A stretch of DNA of 62,054 nucleotides, counting the filler, from Trypethelium eluteriae (lineage: Eukaryota): the NCBI GenBank assembly GCA_051942245.1. It is 2 parts of 2 records of this genome, joined end to end, with 100 filler letters (N's around TTAATTAATTAA, not from the genome) between each part and the next. Parts side by side here need not be neighbours in the genome. Positions count along the whole stretch, not along the records: positions 31,091 to 62,054 come from JAVECL010000281.1; 1 more part is not named here. One strand, given 5' to 3'. This document shows positions 56,627-62,054 of this stretch, one piece after another. Every line of letters begins with the position of its first letter. Position 1 is the first letter of the stretch. The translations under genes and the position numbers were made by a program. Below the pieces are notes generated by a model. That model ran no database searches, was not told the DNA's origin, and saw only the letters and a list, made by a program, of their open reading frames with translations.

Positions 56627-58880
56627 CCAGAAGGCGTGATGGCAGGCCTAGGACCAGCATACTTCAATGGGCATTCCTGAGGCAAGGCCGGGCCTTGAGG
56701 TCGAGGAGGTTATGAAGGCACAGGAAAAGCATTGGCAGCGGTCGTGGCGCGTGGCTAAAGCTCTGGCTCCCCCGCTTGGTACGGATGTGCGCGCTGGAGG
56801 ACGGAAGCAGCGCCTGAGAAGTCGATCGCACGCCTGGTTGGGAGAAAGGGCCAGGAGAGAGTCACGGCGCGGTCCAAGAGAGACTTGCTGCGCAGCGAGA
56901 CGGTGGCAGTACCTTACTCGTGCCGCGGAGGAGGTGCGCCATCGTGCAGATGACACGCACGGACCGGCTCCACCTTGGGCTGGCTTGGAGGCTATCGGTA
57001 GCCATCGGTAGCCATCGCTGCCCATCGCCCATACCTGGCCTCGATCATTGGGGTGATTGGGGCATCTCGGCACTCTTCCATCGGAATTTGAAATTCCATC
57101 TGCACCATTGCCATTCAACCTTCATGCTCTCCACCCCTATCCATCCCTCTGCTGCACCGTCCCAGCCGTCTCGCCCTATCGCCGTCCTTATCCCTCATAA
57201 GCTCGGCGGCTCTGCATGGTTTGCCGTGGGGATCTCCATGATCGCCACTCGCCATGGTGATCTGCCACGAGGATTCCCCAATCGTCAGGCTAATCACAGC
57301 TCGTGACAAAGCCGTGACGCCACCGATCTTTACCCACCACTCAGGTAACTCATTCCACCGGCTCGGTTAGCGCTGACCTTGATGTAGCTTAATGTTCCTC
57401 TTAACCCTCTGCGATGCTTAGTGCCCAGGCTAACGTTTTGGACCTCCACAGCAAATTCACGCATCGGGTACTGTCTATCCGCGAACCTTGCTGACATCGG
57501 AATTGAGCGAACATACGGAATGCTGTTTTGAGAAATCCTGGGACTAATAAGTATCGAATCTACAAGTCCACTTAACACTTGTCCCTGCCCTGCCTTCAAG
57601 TTATTAAGATCTTCGCCCTATAACCACCAAATCTTAGCTATGCACCCTGAATGGCCTTGTCCCTGTACCTTTCATCACGCTGGCGCTCACGAGTCCACAG
57701 AAACCACCACTTACAGCGAAATCAAGTGGAAGGGCCTCGTTTATATATATCAAAGTTGAGATAGTCTTCTCAATGAAGAGATAAGGTATTTCGTCGTGCG
57801 TTCAGATCATTTTCATGGATACGCTAGGATCAGAGAGCGTGCACCAGATCCAGTCTTTGGGGAAGTAGAAACAGGCAGCCAAGAACGGAACCTTCTTGAC
57901 TACCTTCCTTAACGCATAAAAGGTGAGCACACTCTCTACGGATCTTACGGGCTTGGGTTCTATTTACCGCTCTCGCAAATGATCAACGAACAACGAGTTC
58001 TGGAGTTGGGATATCGACAATGAAAGATATAGGTAGGCAGTATCACTGAGGCATCGCCCACCCTGTCACTTTCTACTTTACACCTGCCAAAACAATTTTG
58101 AAGGTTCCAAAAATACTTCGATCTCACCCCGCGTCATCGCCACCGGCTGAAGAATGCATTGGTCGACATTTCCTCATACGCAAGAGCAGGCATAGAACTC
58201 GAATAGCTTGCAGTTGCACGATAAGCGATGATCAAGAGGACAGGCAAATGGGCAGAAAGCAGACGAGAGGATGTAAAGGGAAAAATGACTTTTCTAGCGT
58301 CGATTGACATTCCGACGTGCTACATAGCTAGTTGCGTATCAGCTAGGGAAGGACATGGCGGCACTTAAAAAGCAATATTGCTCGTGGCTCGAAGCGAAGT
58401 CGAACTCGTAGCCAATGGTCAAACCTGGACCTGCTCAAACCACAAGTCAAGTTACTGCGGTCCATGGCCAAGACCATGTAACGTTCAATAGCACAGAGCT
58501 CATCCCACTGTCGCGAATGTTACACCGCCTACATTGGTCGCCTATGAAGGCATATCAGAGGTTTCTCTACTCGAATAGGGAGGATGACTGAGAGCAATGA
58601 TAAGGGTCCAGACGCTACATCAATATCGTCCCAGATGAATTACATAATTGTGCATACCTCCTCCATGAAAATGCCATTCGTGCTAAGTGGAATGGGCGTG
58701 TCCATGGTAGCAAAAAACAATTTTCGAATTCTTCGTCATTGTAGCTTTGGAGTAATTGCCGTTATGCCTTACATGAATCAAGTCCCTATTCTGACGCTGT
58801 AGCCACCTAGCAGGTCACTACCAAAATACCGAAATGCATATCAATCGTCTAGTAGCCAAGAGTCGCTTAGCCCTATCCTC

Positions 58881-59581
58881 TCACCCCATCGTCCTGGCTA
58901 GCTTCCCGAACTCTCTTTCCACAGCTTCCACAGCCTTGGCCTGCACCTCTTCCGTCGTCCCGGCAACATCCACGCTCAACACATCTTCTTCCTCCACCGC
59001 TGGCCCCTCTAATATGCCAAATTGACTCTTGACCATGGTCTCCTTCATGAAGTGACCTTGCCTGGCTCTAACTCTTCCCAGTATTAACTCTTCGTCGGCC
59101 TTAAGGTAGACAAAGCGCACCCGAATATGCGGGTGATGATACGCAGCGATACGTATGACGTCGCGATACTTGCGCTTCAGCGCGGAGCAGGTGAGCACTA
59201 CACCAGGCTTAGGCTTGGAAGGCGCGGGATCAGACGTGATGGTGGTGTTGGGGCGAGTAGGGTCGAGTGCAGCGAGAGATTGTTCGCGCAGAAGTATGAG
59301 CCAGTCCCAACGATCTGCATCTGTGAGCGGAATTCCTGCAGCCATCTTTTCAATATTGGAGGGTGGATGGAACTGGAACAGATCAGCCATTGAGAGATAC
59401 AATAGAGACTCATGTCGCGAGAGGACCGTACTTCGTCACCCTCGATATATGGCAGAGCAAGTTGGTCTGCGAGGTGTCTACCAATCGTACTCTTCCCACA
59501 GCCAGCCGGTCCGAAGACAGCCCATATGTATTGGGGTTTGGTAGAGGAAGCCAGCCGTTCATCTCCATTTACACTTGCCAT
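58881..59581 (-). CDS. Gluconokinase (GntK/IdnK type)
   Basis: P-loop GPAGCGKST, IEGDE/FHPPSNIEKMAAGIPLTDADRWDWL across intron 59373-59431, CSALKRKYRD and HFMKETMVKSQF. Confidence 0.93.
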
Positions 59582-60534
59582 TCTTAACGATTCTTCAGCT
59601 CAAAATTCTCTCACAGAACAAAAGGCCATCTATGTCTAGATTGTGGAAAAGCAACCCCGGGGAAAAGCATAGGGAAGGTCTTCTGAGAACTGAGAAGGCA
59701 CGACGAGACGTTGAACGGGCGTCAGCACCAATCTGAACAAGGATCGTCATCGTGGAAGCACAAAATTTACTTGGTCCCAACGGAACGGGCTCAGGCGCAC
59801 AAGATATGATAGGTACTGTCATTCTTCACCGGATAGGCTACCTAATTTGAGATAGCCTCCGTTCGGAGGTGTACCCGAGATGAAGAGTCTCAGGCGCTTG
59901 ATTCAGCAGTTGACGCGATTAGAGATTTTTGTCCAGATTTGTCCGAGGGCCCAATATGTAAAAACGAATATAGAGAGCAATCACGCGTCTTCAACTGTTG
60001 ACCACTACTCTGCTTTCAATGAAAAGGAGAGATGTACTCCTGGCCATTCATGGCACTAGAAAGCCGGGTGATTTCCAAACATCTGCTGTGATTCTATCCA
60101 AGCTGCTAGATAGGGAGTGAAGCGCGTAATAAAAGAGCGTCTTCTTGAAGTGTCTCTCGAAGGCATGGGCATGATGAAGGTCGCTTGGGGTATCCATCCA
60201 CATACCATAGAGCGGTGAAACGCGACGTTTTACACATAAGTAAAGTTCCTGATACAGCGAGGGTCAACTGGATCTCCATCTTTCATAAAAAAGGGATTGA
60301 ACAAAAGATCTCGCGTTCGATGAAGTCAAAGGAGACGAAGTACAACGGTTTTCGCAGGGCTGAGCACGGCCCCTGCCTGGCGGGGACCTCGACCTCCAGC
60401 ATCGTTCTTTGCCTGCCCACCTGCCGTGCGTGCGCATCTTCAAGCTGCAACAGCTACATGATGCTTTCACTCGACAACAATCGTAACTGAGGACGCTAAA
60501 TCGGCCAGCATTACCGCCACCTTTCGACTGCAAA

Positions 60535-61588
60535 ATGGCCTATTTCTTCAGCACTCCGGTCGACATTGACATCGTCCTCGAAGATGGCGATGACAGGCAA
60601 ATGGTCGATGTCAGGCTAGACAAGAGTCGGAGAGAAAAAGCGCCGTTGTATATGGATGGCGAGTCGGTGAAAGGTATCGTTACGATAAGGCCTAAGGATG
60701 GAAAACGATTAGAGCATACGGGAATTAAGGTGCAATTCATCGGAACGATAGGTAGGGAATATGTTTACGCTATTCAGAAGTAAATATCCCTCACGACCGG
60801 TGGCTTACACGATGATAGAAATGTTCTTCGACCGGGGCAACCACTATGAATTTTTATCCTTGGGTCAAGAACTTGCAGCTCCTGGTGAGCTCCAGCATCC
60901 GCAAAATTACCCCTTCAACTTCAAAAATGTCGAGAAGCAATACGAATCCTACAACGGCATCAACGTCAAATTACGCTACTTTGTACGTGTCACCGTTGCC
61001 CGGCGAATGGCAGACGTGATTAGGGAAAAGGACCTCTGGGTATACTCCTACCGGATACCGCCAGAAACGAATAGCAGCATCAAAATGGATGTGGGAATTG
61101 AGGACTGCCTTCACATCGAGTTTGAGTATTCCAAGAGCAAGTACCATCTCAAAGACGTAATAGTGGGAAGGATATACTTTTTGTTGGTCAGACTGAAGAT
61201 AAAGCACATGGAATTGTCCATCATCCGAAGAGAAACAACCGGAGCCGCGCCAAATCAATACAACGAAAGTGAGACATTGGTGCGATTTGAGATAATGGAC
61301 GGATCGCCATCGCGAGGAGAGACAATCCCGATTCGATTGTTCCTGGGGGGCTTTGACCTCACTCCTACGTTCCGTGAAGTCAATAAGAAATACTCCACCC
61401 GATACTACCTGAGTTTAGTGTTGATTGATGAAGGTATATTCTCTTCAGTCTGAAATTGCAAACGAGCAGATGCTAATCCTTTAGACGCACGACGATACTT
61501 CAAGCAGTCAGAGATAGTTCTCTTTCGCCAAGCACCCGAGGGTCTCGCCGCAGCCCAAGAACAAAATCGGCAAATCCAACAATCGTGA
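60535..61588 (+). CDS. VPS26: Retromer subunit Vps26
   Basis: MAYFFSTPVDIDI, KRLEHTGIKVQFIG, NVEKQYESYNGINVKLRYF, IKMDVGIEDCLHIEFEY and EIMDGSPSRGETIPIRLFL. The last exon is DARRYFKQSEI. Two introns. Confidence 0.96.
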
Positions 61589-62054
61589 GCTGCTCAACCG
61601 CTCTCACATCTTTTACCATACAGATATTATCTTCTTCATCCTTGAGTCTCCATTAACCAGACTTAAAGGCTATCAAGATACCGCCGCACACTACGAACCA
61701 TGCAGCTTATATCGGCGAGATCGCGTGATGATTCGTCGCACGCGAGCATGCCGTACGCCGACCCGACGGCGGCGGGGGGACTGCTATCAGCGGAATGGTG
61801 GAGCTCGCACGGATCCATCTAGGGTTGAGAGAGGATAAGCATTGCCTCGGAGAGCTTTTGTATAGGATATTCCTAAAGAACCATCGATAGGACTATAACA
61901 TCTCTGTGCAGCTCTGATCCCATGTGGCTCTAATGCTTATCCAAAGTGTAAAAATGATTCAATCCTTCATATCCATCGTCTCTCTCACCATCCGCCTTCT
62001 CTCTCCCCAGCCGAACTCAATCACCCAAGTCCCCTCTCCCGAAGAACCTACCCA

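Noticed and set aside
60200..60290. Sequence beginning ACATACCATAG, reminiscent of a fungal 5S rRNA 5' end
   Set aside because: The similarity does not extend, and the internal box A/C and the closing stem are absent.
61725..61920. GTGATGA...CTGA pair suggesting a C/D snoRNA downstream of VPS26
   Set aside because: The boxes are far apart, with no terminal stem and no recognisable rRNA-complementary guide.

Overview
This is gene-dense genomic DNA from a filamentous ascomycete (Pezizomycotina), with short GT..AG introns and CTRAC-type branch sites. It is split in two by an artificial 100-bp contig-join spacer (N44-TTAATTAATTAA-N44, 30991-31090), so the halves may not be adjacent in the genome. 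The left half holds a GPI-type repeat wall protein, a 4-exon ML/NPC2 lipid-binding protein missed by the ORF track, a secreted SGNH hydrolase with a Cys-rich C-terminal module and a PQ-loop-like protein. It also holds a fungal NLR (PNP_UDP-NACHT-ANK) broken by a frameshift in an A8 run exactly at the sensor boundary, a ferric reductase, a CDH-cytochrome/b561 protein, a formate/nitrite transporter, EB1/Bim1 and a truncated Vam7-like PX protein. The right half holds an F-box-like gene, a second NACHT protein with almost no sensor repeats and an apparently intronless mosaic transcription factor. That protein combines Ace1/SltA-type C2H2 fingers, a Zn2Cys6 cluster, half a Pho4-type bHLH and a further zinc-binding module. 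The rest of the right half is a tocopherol-cyclase-like gene, branched-chain keto-acid dehydrogenase E2, a sugar porter, SCAP, gluconokinase and Vps26. I found no supportable tRNA, rRNA, CRISPR array or intact transposon. All family calls come from reading motifs by eye, not from database searches.
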